Part shown: piece by piece, positions 1 through 14,766 of the stretch
How the letters are laid out: each line of letters starts with the position of its first letter
Numbering within the stretch: position 1 is the stretch's first letter
Assembly: GCA_951406725.2 (NCBI GenBank)
Contig: OX597821.1
Coordinates: 28,396,001-28,460,000 of the forward strand
From: Octopus vulgaris
Lineage: Eukaryota
Direction: 5' to 3'
Length of the DNA: 64,000 nucleotides
The notes under the pieces: model-generated
What the model saw: the letters and a program-made list of their open reading frames with translations, nothing else
Told to the model about the DNA's origin: nothing
Database searches by the model: none
Made by a program: the position numbers and the translations under genes

Positions 1-564
1 CAATTCCCTCTTCATATAAGTATAATTACCTATCATTTACTTATGACGTCTTTAACTTATTCTGTTACCATCAACGCTAAATGAATAGTAACTAATTTAT
101 TTTAAATACGCGTGTGAAATGAGCTTATAATCCGGTGTGCCCATCGTGTTTTCCTTCTAAACGCTTCGGCTACATTTAACGGGGTCGGTAAATGATGCTT
201 ACATTTTTATTAGCTTTGCCTACACTCCTCCCACTGCAGAAAGGTAAAGTATTTGTTTATATTTATTTTGCGTTATGGGGCAATTTTTATCATATAGTTA
301 TATTTATTATTATGAACGCTTTTAAGACTTTGTACGAATACAGTTGTGGAGTTGGCCGTTTCTTTAATTTAAAAGTTTAAGATGGTTTTAATCACAATGA
401 ACTACTCAAGTGTGGCCAACTTCTCTATTTTTATATATTTATATATATATATATTTATTTTTACTTTTGCTAAATATCTACCATCACACGTTTTTCTATA
501 TAAACATAATATTTTAAGACGTTTGGAACGTTAAGATATTCTGGAATCTTCATACTGTAACGTC

Positions 565-772
565 ATAGAATCGTTTGCACGTTGGGCAAAATGCATAACG
601 GCATTGCGTCTATCTTTACGTTCTGTGTTCGTTCCGCCGAGACCGACTTTGTCTTTCATCCTTTCGGAATCGATAAAATAACTACCAGTTGAGTTGTGCA
701 TTGGGGTCGATGTAATCGATTTACCCCCTCCCCTGCAATTGCTAGCTTCGTGTCAAAATTTGAAATCAATAT
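565..772 (+). mobile_element. Degenerate tRNA-like SINE, family B (core GCCTTTCATCCTTTCGGGGTCGATAAA)
   Basis: Aligns by eye to the copies at 36083 and 51429: 'agaatcgtttgcacg...ttacgttctgtgttc...gactttgtctttcatcctttcggaatcgataaaataactaccagt...ggggtcgatgtaatcga'. Confidence 0.8.
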
Positions 773-1327
773 GTTTATTGTTTATAAAATGTTATCACGC
801 AGGATTCCTTTTTCTGTCAACACTCCTCACTATGAAACCTACTAATATCTTGCATCCGGTGCTGTATTTGGTTATTATTTCACTTTTAGCTTGCTTTTGA
901 GGAGATCGTTTTGAGTCAGATTTGAACTGTTCGTAATCTCTTTCAAAGCATCCCCCGTTAGAGACGTTCTTTTTTGTTTGTTTTCGAGTACGTTTTTAAT
1001 TTTGTGTATTTCTTCTTTTCACCTTTTTATATAACGCGCATCTCCTACTTTATAAGATTGATGGTCCGTTCCGTTATGGATTTCGTTCAGGCTTAAGATA
1101 TACTTACTAATCTTTTCTTGTTTTCTTCTGTATATCTTATATTTCATATTGGATGCAAGAAGTTAGAGGTAAATGTCTGCATAACTACAATTGTTATTCG
1201 CAATATTACTTTGTTTAAGTTGATAAAACACTTGTTTGTATCAGTTTTGTTTGCCATCGTCAGGTTTAGATCTTGCATTGACTATTTTAGGTTTAAGGTA
1301 TATGTATGGTACATGTATTTCCTCAGA

Positions 1328-1590
1328 GTGGAGGCTCAATGGCCCAGTGTTTAAGGCAGCAGAGTCGATTACCAGACCGGGAGTTGTGAGTGTTTATTGA
1401 GCAAAAAAAATCTGCTCAATAAAGATCCACGAGATTCTAGCGGGGGCTGGTGGCGAAACCTGCTGTGCTCTTTCACCACTACTTTCTCTCACTCTTTGTT
1501 TCTTTTGTACCTGTATTTCAAAGGGCCAGCTTTGCCACACTCTGTAGTTCCTCGAGAACTACTTTAAGAAGAACACGTATCTGTTCCGTG
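1328..1590 (+). mobile_element. tRNA-derived SINE, family C (degenerate)
   Basis: Has a tRNA-like A-box head 'gtggaggctcaatggcccagtgtttaaggcagc'. The 3' part 'gtacctgtatttcaaagggccagc...gagaactac' is shared with the minus-strand SINE at 14767-15092. Confidence 0.7.
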
Positions 1591-2873
1591 ATTGCTTCAT
1601 AGCGTTAGTAATTATTTTCAGGTGCATAATATATATTCTGTTCTGTTCGATTTGTTGACAGATATTTTGTATGGTGTTATTATTTCTTTTTCTTTGTTAC
1701 TTTTCCTGATTAGAGCTCCCGATATCTCTATATCTGTACATGTATATGCATGTATGCACATACATATACATGTGTAGATATATACGAATGTGTGCGTGAG
1801 TGTGCATCTACGTGCATGTGTGTGTGTGTGTGTGTATACTTGTACACCTGTAAACTTGTATCTAAGTGTGTGAACTTTACATAACGAGAGTAAAGAAAGC
1901 ATGTCGATTTTACCCACGTCTTTCATATCTCCTGCTAGAATTATCAGCAAAATATCGATCACGTAACATTGTATCACTGCATATGACTGGCGAATTACAT
2001 ACAATGAGAAATATTATCGTCAATATTTTTTAATTAAATGACTAGATGAGTAAAGTTTGAATTTCTTTGATTAAGCAATGGTTTTATGGTTGCCAAGGAT
2101 TGAAAGACAAACAATAGGTAAACATACAAATATTTAAAAAAAATAGAACCTACTTTTCGCATTGCACATTCACATATTAATACCCTTTGCTGTTATTCAT
2201 GATATTATCTCAGGCGAAATGGAAACCTTGTTGGAAATCAAGGCTATAGAATCTGTAGCATTAACGTACTTCCTGGCCTTGGACAAATATGTTGATTATG
2301 AATGAATATTGATTATTTTCAGAACAAAGTAATTTCTGGCAATATTCTCATCTCTGTACAACAATCATCATATCGGGGGAAATATTCTCATTATGAGAAA
2401 TCTTGATGTATTGGGCATTCTGAAGACAATAATTGCGCTGGTCTTTCGGAAATTTAATGACACCTGCAACGTAAGAACTGCGTTTTGGAAGAAGGTTTTC
2501 TCTATTCTTAAGACGCAGTTTCTTTGTTTGCTTGTACACTGGAGTGGTTGACAATATCTTGTAGAAACTCCGATTGTGGTTTCAATCCGATATTGCCGAA
2601 TTTTTAGCAAACCTCTCCTATACCAGCACAGAGAAAGTTAAATAATGTAGGAAATATTTGCTAAACGAGACGTTTGAAGACTACCAACAGTTTTTATTTT
2701 CATCGTGTACGGCTAATTTTCCGCAGTATTGTATCCAGGGACTCGTTGTCTTTTAAAAAATCGGTTTCTGGGATAGGACACGGTTGAGGAAAACTTACTA
2801 CCATCTTCCCACAGTTACTGAAGTACACTATAATTGCCAGGTACTCCGCTCAACACTCTGCACAAATCACGAC

Positions 2874-2932
<59 letters not shown>

Positions 2933-3314
2933 AATATACATGTGAGTGTATATGTGTGTGTAAGTACACGTGTGCGTGCGTGCGTGCGCGTATGTACATG
3001 TATATAGGTAATAATATGTATATATATATAACGTTTGGCAAACTAACATAACCGACCTTTTGCATGTTACTTTTGACAATCTTTTTCTAAAAAAGTGAAA
3101 CCAGTAAAGTAAATAAACATCTTTTAAAATTACATTTTTAAACCTTCTTTCATATACATATATATATATAAAGAGAAAGAGAGAGAGAGAGAGGTGACAT
3201 TATTCGCCTTTGAAATGATGATATAATGGTAACAATTAAATTAGTGAGGAATAAATATGAAACATAATTAGTATATAGAGAATAAAAGCCATTCAGCATA
3301 AAATCAAATGAACG

Positions 3315-3805
3315 GCCTGAAGTCCGTTGTTTTTGGATAAATGTCAGTTATAATTTAGTTTTCGACATGTTCTTATCATAATATCCAAGAAAGGGAACTG
3401 TTCTTTACTATATTCCATTGTGAATTGAAAGTTAGGGTTCATATTATTTAGTATTTATTTGAATTCCAGATGTTTATCATTATTATAACCCATTATTATG
3501 TTCAAAAGAACAGGGGCTCTTTTCGTTCCCATCGCAATGTCACATTTTTGACGATAGTAGGTTTCATCAAATTAGAAATAATTTTTCTGAAGTATAAATT
3601 TTAACGATTCAATAAGAAAGACCTGGTTTATGCGTTCCGGAATTACTTCGGGGTACTTCTCGAACCAAAATTTTATTGCTTATATTCCATAGTCAGGTGG
3701 AACGTTAGTGTAAAGATTAATAACACCGAAGGAAACCAATCTTCGTGGTGTTGGGGTAAATTCTAATCCTTTAGCTAGTATACTGATTTTTGTTGCAGAG
3801 AGAAA
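3315..3805 (-). mobile_element. Penelope-like element fragment (internally deleted RT pseudogene)
   Basis: The minus strand translates LSATKISILAKGLEFTPTP (PLE N-terminal motif) fused to LVSFGVINLYTNVP (RT motif A), then YYRQKCDIAMGTKRAPVLLNIIMGY (RT motif B), then ILNNMNPNFQFTMEYSKEQFPFLDIMI. In-frame stops are present. Confidence 0.85.
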
Positions 3806-5105
3806 ACTAGAAAAGATACCTGGATGACTGTTTTATCAGTTGGAAGGATACCATTTATATTCTTTTAGAATTCACAACAATACTAAATAATGTAAACCCT
3901 AACATTCAATTTACAATGGGATATAGCAAAGAACAGCTCCCTTTCTTTGATATTATGATAAGAAAAGTCAAAAACCAAATTATTACTAACATTTATCATA
4001 AACCAACGGACTCGAAGCAATATCTCCTGTGTAACTCATGCCATCCGAAACACATCAGAAAAAACATCCCCTTTAATTTCGCAAACAGGATTTTCACAAT
4101 AGTAACTTATAAAAATACTCGGGACCTTCGTCTTCAAAACCTCAGAGTAACAGTAACTGAAAGACAATATCTACCCTCACTTATAGACGATAGAATTAAG
4201 CGTGTTAAGAAATTAGACATTAAAGCCCTAAGTGCAACAAAACGTAATACCACAACTCATCTCAAAACACTACTGTATATATCAACTCACAACCATAGAA
4301 ACGATGAGCCATACAATACCATTGTACAAAATCTACCTATATTCACTAGAGATTCAAAAATGAACAACATTCATCAAACACAGAAAGCAACACACATCGC
4401 TAAAACACTTCTAGTAAATGCGAAGATTTACACAGCAACCACTTAAAAAATGTAGACGAACAAACTGTGGAATATGCCTCAACCTGCTGGAAGACTCGGA
4501 ATTTCTATTCAAACAAGGCGAGATGGTCACTTGTGCTTCCGAGAATATAGTTTATGTTATAACTTACTCTGATTGTGAACATAACTGTATATGACCGGCA
4601 AGTATGACACTGAGACGGAGAACAACACCACATAAGGAACAGATCCGGTTCCCGCAATACAGACTGATTCCTTTGAGTGAACACATAGAGAAATGTGCAG
4701 GTAATATCCAACCATACTTCACATTTTTCCACATCGAACAGTGCAAATAATAAAATTTGTTCATCGAAATATACAGATGTCTAAATATGAACGTACAACC
4801 AACTTACATCTCAGTACATATTTTAATTCACGATTACATATCTATTACTCTACATATTTCATCTCACTACTTTAGCTTTTGAGTTTTGCTTGTATTTATG
4901 TATCCCCTGCCCGAAAGATGAACAATCCCCTCTCTGTCCCAAATCACAACGATCACCAATTACCTCTCCTTAGACTATTCTAATTGCTGAATCAGTCATT
5001 CATAAATTTCTCCAGTCACAACATGGACTAAAATCTTCTTAAGAAAATATGAAATTACAATAATTTCAATGTCATGATTAGCTAAAGCGAAACCCGTGGA
5101 CAAGC
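3806..5105 (+). mobile_element. Penelope-like element, 5'-truncated: RT C-terminus, GIY-YIG endonuclease and 3' end
   Basis: The frame of ORF 3916-4446 extends upstream to *KRYLDDCFISW (YLDD at 3817-3828). It continues with FTMGYSKEQLPFFD, YHKPTDSKQYL..SCHPKH, then CRRTNCGIC and TCASENIVYVIT.SDC (degenerate GIY-YIG). Frameshifts and stops are present. Confidence 0.9.
5070..5102 (+). ncRNA. Degenerate type I hammerhead-like motif at Penelope 3' end
   Basis: tgtc-ATGATTA-gct aa agc-GAAA-cccgtg-gaca: stem I tgtc/gaca, stem II gct/agc. The core differs from CUGAUGA at two positions, so it is probably inactive. Confidence 0.5.
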
Positions 5106-5239
5106 AATATATAATATTTTTTTAAATATATCAAAATACGTAAAGTGTGTGTGCATTTTCTTTCTTTTATTATACGCATACATACATACAGGCATACATA
5201 CACACACATATATGTGTCTGAGTGTGTATATCTGTATGC

Positions 5240-5280
<41 letters not shown>

Positions 5281-6820
5281 GGTAGTTACATACATAGATA
5301 TGTGTAAAGGTAACTAGGTAACCAGCAATTTAATTATTTATTTAAATAGATAGGAAAGAGATTGAGATAGAGGTAAGAGGTGCTTTCTCGATTGAGGCAT
5401 GACATGCAATGTATAACAAAGATTTAAAATTGAATAGAAATAACAAATTTCCTTTAAACAGGGTATAAACATGCTACACTACCCTATTTCAGATATATGC
5501 TTTTGGTACAGACTCACATACACTCGCGCAAAACGCATTTACGCACAAGCATATGTGTGCGTGTGTGTGTGTACTCGTAAAATTATTTTAGATAACTCAT
5601 AATATATTCTGTCATCGACTATGTATAGGAGGACATGTCCTACGTAATATATATATATATATATACATACATGCTCACAGATATGCATGTATTACGTATG
5701 TGTGTGTGTGTCTAAGTATGTATACAAAAATGAACGCATTTGTGTATATCTGTTTTTGCGCGCGTGCGTTTGGAGAACGCCTAAAGGGTTCAGTAAAAAT
5801 AAAAAGAGAAAGTTATATTTCTTTCATCACTTGGGATAAATACGAGAAGAAAATAGGAGAAGTGGAAGAAGAAGACGAAAAGTAAAAAAAATAAAAGAAC
5901 AAATTAATCTTTGAGTATATATCTAAATATAATATAACAAAAAATATTATAGATTTGGATAATGCAAAGTTAAACTAAAAATAGTGATTCCCTTAAAAGA
6001 TTAAGCATTGAGGCGTAAGGTAAATTGAACAATACGACGTTTTTTTATCTACTTTAGAGGATTGAGTTGCGTGCAAGTAGTTTTTTAGCTCGTGCTTGTT
6101 TTCAGGGCTGTAATTTCTATTCTGCCTGCTGTCGGTAAACTAGTGCATTAGATTTACCCATCAGGACCATCGAAGATTTATTTTGTAATGATAGCGAAAA
6201 AAAAAATCTATAGAAGAAAGATATACCACTCATCGCATATATGAAATTACCATCTTTCTTTGTATTGTTTTCTTGATAGAATATGTTTATTATATATTTT
6301 TTTTTATTTTAAAGTCCATACTATATATATGTATAAGTAATATCGAATTTTGTTGGGAAAAGTAAAAAGAAAAAAAGTAGTGCATTATACAATTTATAGT
6401 AAAAGAAATTGGATTTCAGAATAACAGAAATATCTCTCAATGTCGCAAGTAAAAGATGCAATTTATTTCTTCCTGTACTATCATTAAATTTGGTGAAATT
6501 AGATATGAATCTAATAATATAAAAAAAATAAAAAGGTAATCTTGATTTCATGGCGAAAATCGAAAATAGTAAATAAACATGTTAAGAGCCAAGTAGTTTT
6601 AGAAGCCCCATGGGGGAATAAAAATACGTTATTTTTAAAGAGCAATGAACAGCAGATATAGATTATTTTTCAGAACATAATATGATTTAAGAACAGAAAA
6701 AAGTGAAAGTCAAAACAGGAGAATAACTGGGACTTTAAACAGGTAACATCAAATATATGAAAAGTAAAGACAAGTAATTATAGAATTGTAGAGAGGGATA
6801 TATGTACTGATACACATATG

Positions 6821-6852
<32 letters not shown>

Positions 6853-6860
6853 CATACCTG

Positions 6861-6920
<60 letters not shown>

Positions 6921-7106
6921 TGTGTTATACGTGCGTCTATTTTCCCTATTTGATTCCTTGAAATATTACTGAAGAGAAAACGGATGTTTTGCAACTAAAA
7001 TACAATGCTTTATCATTGGAACTGAGATATCATCAACACAAAAGTATTGCATGTTGAATATTAGAAAAATATCGTAATCTCTCAAACAATTTCATTTTAT
7101 TTGCAG

Positions 7107-7133
7107 ACTACCGTTCGAGGGCTCTCTTCCATG
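7107..7133 (+). other. Candidate 27-nt microexon
   Basis: Acceptor tttcattttatttgcag, exon actaccgttcgagggctctcttccatg, donor gtaagg. The length is a multiple of 3 and all three frames are open. Confidence 0.35.
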
Positions 7134-10100
7134 GTAAGGAACTTCCACGAACGTTTGAGTATTGTTTAGGAATTGTGTATAAAATCAATTAAATTGAGCT
7201 TTTGAACGGTTACAAGGTAGTTGAAAATGCATGTGTATAAATAAATATATATGTGTGTATTTTTGTATTTAGTTATATATATCTTTTGTCTTTAATCAAT
7301 TTAAGTATACTAATGGAAAAAGAACCGGTTTCTCACGAAATAGAATAGCATTTGTTACGGAATATTTGTCTAGTAAATGTTTGGTCGCAGGTTAGGTCAT
7401 CAATATATGAGCACACATTGAATTCACTTCTCTTCAATGAATGACATGTTTTGTTGTTGCTTAGCAGAATCTCTGAATAATAAAATACTCACCGAAAGTT
7501 TGTTTGTAATAACCTGAAGTTTTTGACCCTCTTCTCCGACATAACTTGTCAATAACACTTTATCTGTGAAGGTAGGTTTAAATATATGCATGAAAACAAT
7601 TTCATCTATGGACAACTCATGGTGTCAGTTACATTTAATATTTAATTATATGGATTCTTATAAGGAAAGAACGAGATTGTTATAAAAAAAGTATATCTCC
7701 ATCTGTATGTACGTTCATAAGTGTGTATACATTTGTGTACGCATGTAGTAAGAATGTATGTATGTAGGTATGTATGCATGCACGCCGGTAGGTAAGTGTA
7801 TATGCATATATATCTATACAGGTTACTTCGTTTATATTTCTAAGTTTCTAGCCAATGCAGAAAGAATCTCCTCCTCTCTCCTATAACGAAAGTGATAGTC
7901 TCCAAACGAGAAAGAAAGTGGAAGCATATAAATAATGGCAATTTCAGTGAGACAGCTATAGATTTATCTACAAATAGATAGATAGATAGTTGGATATATA
8001 TATAGAGAGAGAGAGTGCGTGAGAGAGTGAGAGACAGAGAAAGTGAAACATGCAGATAGACAGGCAAAAAGACAGACTGACAGATAAACAGGCTGATATA
8101 GAGGTAGATAGATAGACTGACAGAAAGATACATACATACATGTTTTTTCCATGAGTTGGTGCTAAGTTGCTAGCATATTGTCGATGTGTGCATGAATGCA
8201 TTTCACTTATTTTATCTCATTCCACTTATTTTAACTCTTTCGATATAGAACTCATGTCTATTTCTAAGAATGAAACAAAGCTCTAAATGTTACATATTGA
8301 CACTGGTGAAGTGATACTTGCTGAAATTTAAGGAATTTAAGCAATTAAATTTTCATTATTACATATTTTCCACCGTGGTAGATGTTGCACTTTATGCTTT
8401 GCGCATGGAGTCGACATAAACAATTTCCCTTCACTTCCGAGTATCTGGCCGTCTTCCAACATTAGAAAGAATTAGTTCGTAACATACCTTTGAAGTACTT
8501 GAAAGCTGCTGATTTTCGCTTCCATAAAATCTCAGCTGAGCAAAATCATCGCCTGGACATTGAGAATCTCTCGTTATAAACCATTAATTATAGTTACAAA
8601 TTTAAATTCATATCCGAAGCCGAGAAGTATAAAATTTCCAAGCGATTGTTGTAAATAGTCCCTTTTGCTTTTATCTTGATACGGAGTAACTGATCTCTAC
8701 AACTCCTCATAATTTGCATTTCTCTCTCAACTAAGTATATAGGATCTGATATATCTATAGTTGATGGACGTTTTGTTGAGAAGCATCTGTAGATTTTCCT
8801 TGTCTACGTAAGCATATTTTCAGTTTCAAGCTAATGCATGTATGCAATGCATGTATAAAAGAATGTATGTTTAATTGTCTGCAATTATGAATGTATGTAT
8901 TCGCATACGTACGTATGCAAACATGCGTTTCATTGCAAGTAGGGCTTTGTTTATTTATATATATATATATATACATGCAATTTCACTTAGTGGATAAACG
9001 CCGAGCATATATAATATACTTTGTAAAATTTGAATAATTGTCTTCTAATTGTAATTTCCTAAATAGTTATATCCTTTGAAGACTTCTTATGTGCAGCCTC
9101 TTACAAATATCGCCAGGAAATAAGTTTCATATTCAAGCTTATTAATAGTCACAGATATAAATCCAAAGCTATAGTCCACTAGGAAATTTCTCAGGTTTTC
9201 TTTTGCATTTAACTTTAACATTAGAGAAATATGTGTACAGACGGTCTCTTCTATTTTGGAATTCTCTTTTTTATCAATTTTCTTCTTTATCAATGTTCGT
9301 TACGCTTTGTTTATTGTGACAACATTTTATCGAGAATTAAATAGAAAACTTCAGTAATGAGTGAATATGTGTTGCGCGTAATAATAATTTGAAGTTCTGT
9401 CCTCCGTTTTCTTTTTGTCGTACTGCAGTCTATAAACTTTTCCCTCCAACACCGTGCTCCATACACGGATTTTTTACGTGAATTCATTTGACGAGAGCAG
9501 TTTATAATGTAAGTGATATATATGGTGTAAGTTCTACAAATCTTCATTCATTGTTGTTGCTAGATGTTTTATTTGCATCTAGATTTTATATTTCCACTAG
9601 ATGTATTTTTGACATCACCACTTTTAGCTTTGCGAAAGAATCACAATCAAAGGTCGAACTAATATACCGTCTCTTGGTTCCAGATATTGTAATTTGCTTT
9701 TCTATTTTACCTTCCCATTCAGTCTTTCTGTCTACAAGATTTTTAGGTATATTCGCATTTGTGTAAAACAGTGGGTAAGTAAATCGTGTAATTACTAAGT
9801 ATAATCTCTTTGGTTATTGGGTGACAAAATTGACTTCCTTCTGTATATTATGAATTTTACATTAAGAATAGTCATTTTTCTCTCGGTCTTACTCATATAT
9901 ACATGCGAAACTGTCTATTCATAAATATTTGATGCCTGCATTCACCCACGTTTCTACATATTTTTGTTTTGCTCATATTCTTGCGACTATTAAAAAAAAG
10001 AGAGACACAAACGTCAATTTCAATTTAATTAAACTTGTTTACTTCAATTTTATAATTACCAACTTTATTCTTATTAAAACATTTACCTTCGAGAAATGAT

Positions 10101-10745
10101 TTTCATCGGATAATAATTCTACAACCGATTTGCTTTCTTCTAAATTCAATCAAACAATTAACAAAATCTAAATTCGCACTCCAAGCTAGTCATCAGACGG
10201 TTTATCTTAAAAAACAATATGTATGTATATATGAATGGATATGTGTGAGCGTGTGTGTGACTGTGTGTGTGTATGTATGTACATAATGTATGTGTGTTTG
10301 TGTGGGTCGGTGGTGGGTGGTAGGGGGTGCGATATCGGCGTAAGACATATTAGCCATTGAAAAATACACAAAGATGCTTCGTTTCACTCAAACATTTATG
10401 GTCTAGTATCAAACTTTTCGTCGCACAAATTGCGACCGGGTCACTGTTATTATTACACTCCATCCAGTTCTTTATGTTGTTGGGTTAGAAGTTGTTTGTT
10501 ATTCTTTTCAAACTAGGTTCCTTGTTTTGGTTGGATGATGGTAGTTATTCAATTAACTTAGCAGGTTGGTTGTATCTAGTATACACTCAATTATTTCTGT
10601 CTTCGTTTCCTTCTTTGACATTGTGTACGTCATAAAATTTCAGTTTTATGTCTCGACATGTTTGCGTTCATCTATCTACGTATCTATCTATCTATCAATC
10701 TTTGTATGTATGTATCTATCTATCTATCAATCTATCTATCTATCG

Positions 10746-11815
<1,070 letters not shown>

Positions 11816-12682
11816 ACTGATGGGAAGATGGTACTTGCCTTTTTCGAACTTGTTAATATAAAAATCAACTATAAATGAAAAATCCTTCAAATACTTAAGA
11901 AGTTGCTAATTTAAAACAAGTTTGTCTTTTCTGATAAATAGATGTTATATTGACTTTTTTCTTTGGAGGAAGGTAAATTTGCTTGTTTTTTTTTACAATC
12001 GAAGATCTAATAATGAGCTTTGATATTGTTTAACTAATTTCTTCAATTTAAAAAAAATATATTATGTTTCATATTATGCACATTCAGTTTATGCATTGCG
12101 CATACATTTAATGGCTCCTTCATAACCAGGATTCCTAATCAAGGTTTTACCTTCATCATTATGATATGTCTTTGTGCCTGATTAATACTAGTGCGACAAG
12201 TAACGATGCACAATCTGCATGTATGTTTCTAATATTTCAACAGACAATTAATATCAAAGTGATTCCATATTTAATGTAACTTTGTTCATAATAACACTGT
12301 AAAATTTCAGTAAAACCTCTTAGCCAAATATTCCACACATTTAAACAAAGTGGAAAATGATAAGTTTCTGTGAATTAATTTTATTATCTCTTAGCAATGT
12401 TTCCGTGATATTTCACTTCTTTCACAATTTACATAAAGGAATATTTAAGTCGAAAATCCCCTGCTTTAATGACTGCCCTCTTCAAAAGTAAGCACTTTCA
12501 AATTGTACAAGTTACGTATAATGAATAAATCGAAATTGATTTATACAGGAACTACTTTTTTGTTTTAACCCATTAAATATTTTAGTAAATTTGTTGCAAA
12601 ATACATTCATATAATCTACGTTCATGTTTCGGATTCTTGCTTCAGATGCATGGGATTCGGCTAATTTTGTTAATGAAGATAT

Positions 12683-13250
12683 CGTCGGCATCCGTCCGTC
12701 TCGAGAGACGATGTTGTAGCTCAGAAAAGGTGGTGGATTTATCTGCACGTCCTGGTGTGGCTGTGCAGACCATTCATCGAGTGGCAGTCGCTACCACATC
12801 TGGTGCAAGTGAAAGGGGATGAGAGATGTGGTTGCTACTGCTGCTCCTTTCGCCTGGTTCTCTTTAATTTGGCAGTAGTGGTCCTCAGGTTCTCTGTTGT
12901 CGCGGCACCATGCTTGACACTGTGTCGCCAGGCGCCTCTGTCGGCAGCGGCGGATTCCCATGTTTGGGTGTTGATCTGGCATAGCTTTAGGTCCTTCTTA
13001 CAGATATCCTCGAAGCGCAGTTTGGGGCGTCCCGTTGATCTGGAGCCTTCCGCTAGCTGTCCGTACAGTAGGTCCTTTGGAATCCGTCCTGACATGACCT
13101 AGCCACTGAAGACGCCTCTCACAGAGTGATGTTTACATACTGTACATGTAGGCACGGTCAAAAACCTCTGTGTTAGTGATCCTTTCCTGCCATTTGGTAT
13201 GGAGAATGCGCTGCAGGCATCTTAGGTGGAAGCTATTGAGTTGTTTCTAA
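12683..13250 (-). mobile_element. RTE-clade LINE 3' fragment
   Basis: Translates LNSFHLRCLQRILHTKWQERITNTEV, then MSGRIPKDLLYGQLAEGSRSTGRPKLRFEDICKKDLK...WESAAADRGAWR, then a C-terminal CTRCGSDCHS..GLHSHTRTC zinc finger. The terminus is 'atcgtctctcgagacggacggatgcc'. Confidence 0.9.
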
Positions 13251-13684
13251 TGAAGATAAGGATGCAGAAAAATCTATAATCTTGGAAGGATCATCCCGAT
13301 ACCATAATAGCTACGCCATACATTTATTAAATATCCCTAGTATCTTTCAATCATTTCTACGTTTTGTTATTTCTAATTTATCATTGATTAATATAATGCC
13401 CCATCATCTTTTAGGCAAACTACTAGTGGAGAGATATTGAAACTGATTCAATATATGAATAGGGCACATGAATGCAAAATATATTCTATGTCCGTAATAC
13501 GTTCGTTGGTAAAAGCGTCCGCCATAAACTTAAAACATTTCATAAAATTATTGGTTATTTAGTTTCCCTGTTATAACATTACTTTAGAAGCTACATATAC
13601 GTTCATTGCCCGCAGAAACTCCAAGTGACTCGCATCCTTTATTTAGAACAATACTACTGTATAATGAAAGCATTCATACCCCCA

Positions 13685-13850
13685 AGGAGTGGCTGTGTGG
13701 TAAGTAGCTTGCTTACCAAGCACATTGTTCCGGGTTCAGTCCCACTGCGTGGCATCTTGGGCAAGTGTCTTCTGCTATAGCCCCGAGCCGACCAATGCCT
13801 TGTGAGTGGATTTGGTAGACGGAAACTGAAAGAAGCCTGTCGTATATATG

Positions 13851-13898
<48 letters not shown>

Positions 13899-14113
13899 TG
13901 TGTGTCTGTGTTTGTCCCCCTAGCATTGCTTGACAACCGATGCTGGTGTGTTTACGTCCCCGTCACTTAGCGGTTCGGCAAAAAAGACCGATAGAATAAG
14001 TACTGGGCTTACAAAGAATAAGTCCCGGGGTCGATTTACTCGACTAAAGGCGGTGCTCCTGCATGGCCGCAATCAAATGACTAAAACAAGTAAAAAAAAA
14101 GAGAGTAAAAGAG
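13685..14113 (+). mobile_element. SINE family A (tRNA-like head, internal (TA)/(TG) microsatellite, AAGAGTA tail)
   Basis: Head 'aggagtggctgtgtggtaagtagc...gggttcagtccc', internal microsatellite, tail 'gactaaaacaagtaaaa..gagtaaaagag'. Near-identical to the copies at 25814, 57500, 62181 and 62844. Confidence 0.93.
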
Positions 14114-14766
14114 AGCAAATTTTTTTAGTGGAAAGGTATAGTCACTGACTATTATGCTTAACTCTTCCATTTCGTCTACTTTCCATAATATATAAATAAT
14201 ATAATCCTTTCTATTGATACGCGGTTCGTTACTTTGCCGTCAACTAGGACGATATGTCTCTCTCTAGCAATTAACCTACTCAACGTTTTAATTTTGCAAT
14301 GATTTTTATTCTTTCTTCTTAACTATTCATCTTCTCACCTTTTGTAGTATTGTTTTCGTACCTTCTTGCGTTTTCTTTCTACCTCCTTTGAGTCGTTCTT
14401 ATTTAGTTTATCTTGAAACTTCATTTATATATGTCTTATTGTGTTTCGTGTAGTTGGTTTGCGGCACATTTTCACATCGTTGATTGACAAAATCTACGTT
14501 GACTTTCAGGAATCTGAAGTCGAGAACGTCATCTGTAAGAGAAACCTTCATTGTGTGTTCCATTTGCATTAAAACGTATATATTTAGAATGTCCAAATGA
14601 CGGTTTTTGCTATTTTATAAGCTTAGCATTCTCGTACACATTACCTTTCCAGCGAAAATCGTCAAAATCATTTATAGAAATCATCCAGTTGCCTCAAAAG
14701 TCAGCATCGGGTAACAGGATACTCTTGTATGACAATGTTCCATGTTTTCTTTAATCTTCAGACATC

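Noticed and set aside
790-1325. Possible further decayed retroelement fragments (also 9100-9760 and 40200-40560)
   Set aside because: Only isolated two-to-four-residue motif resemblances; not enough to call without a profile search.
8489-8553. Possible minus-strand exon (DDFAQLRFYGSENQQLSSTSK) with donor AAG/gtatgt
   Set aside because: The acceptor lacks a good polypyrimidine tract, no homology is recognisable, and such signals are expected by chance.
13685-13750. tRNA gene-like A/B boxes here and in other SINE heads
   Set aside because: No complete cloverleaf; they continue into SINE bodies.
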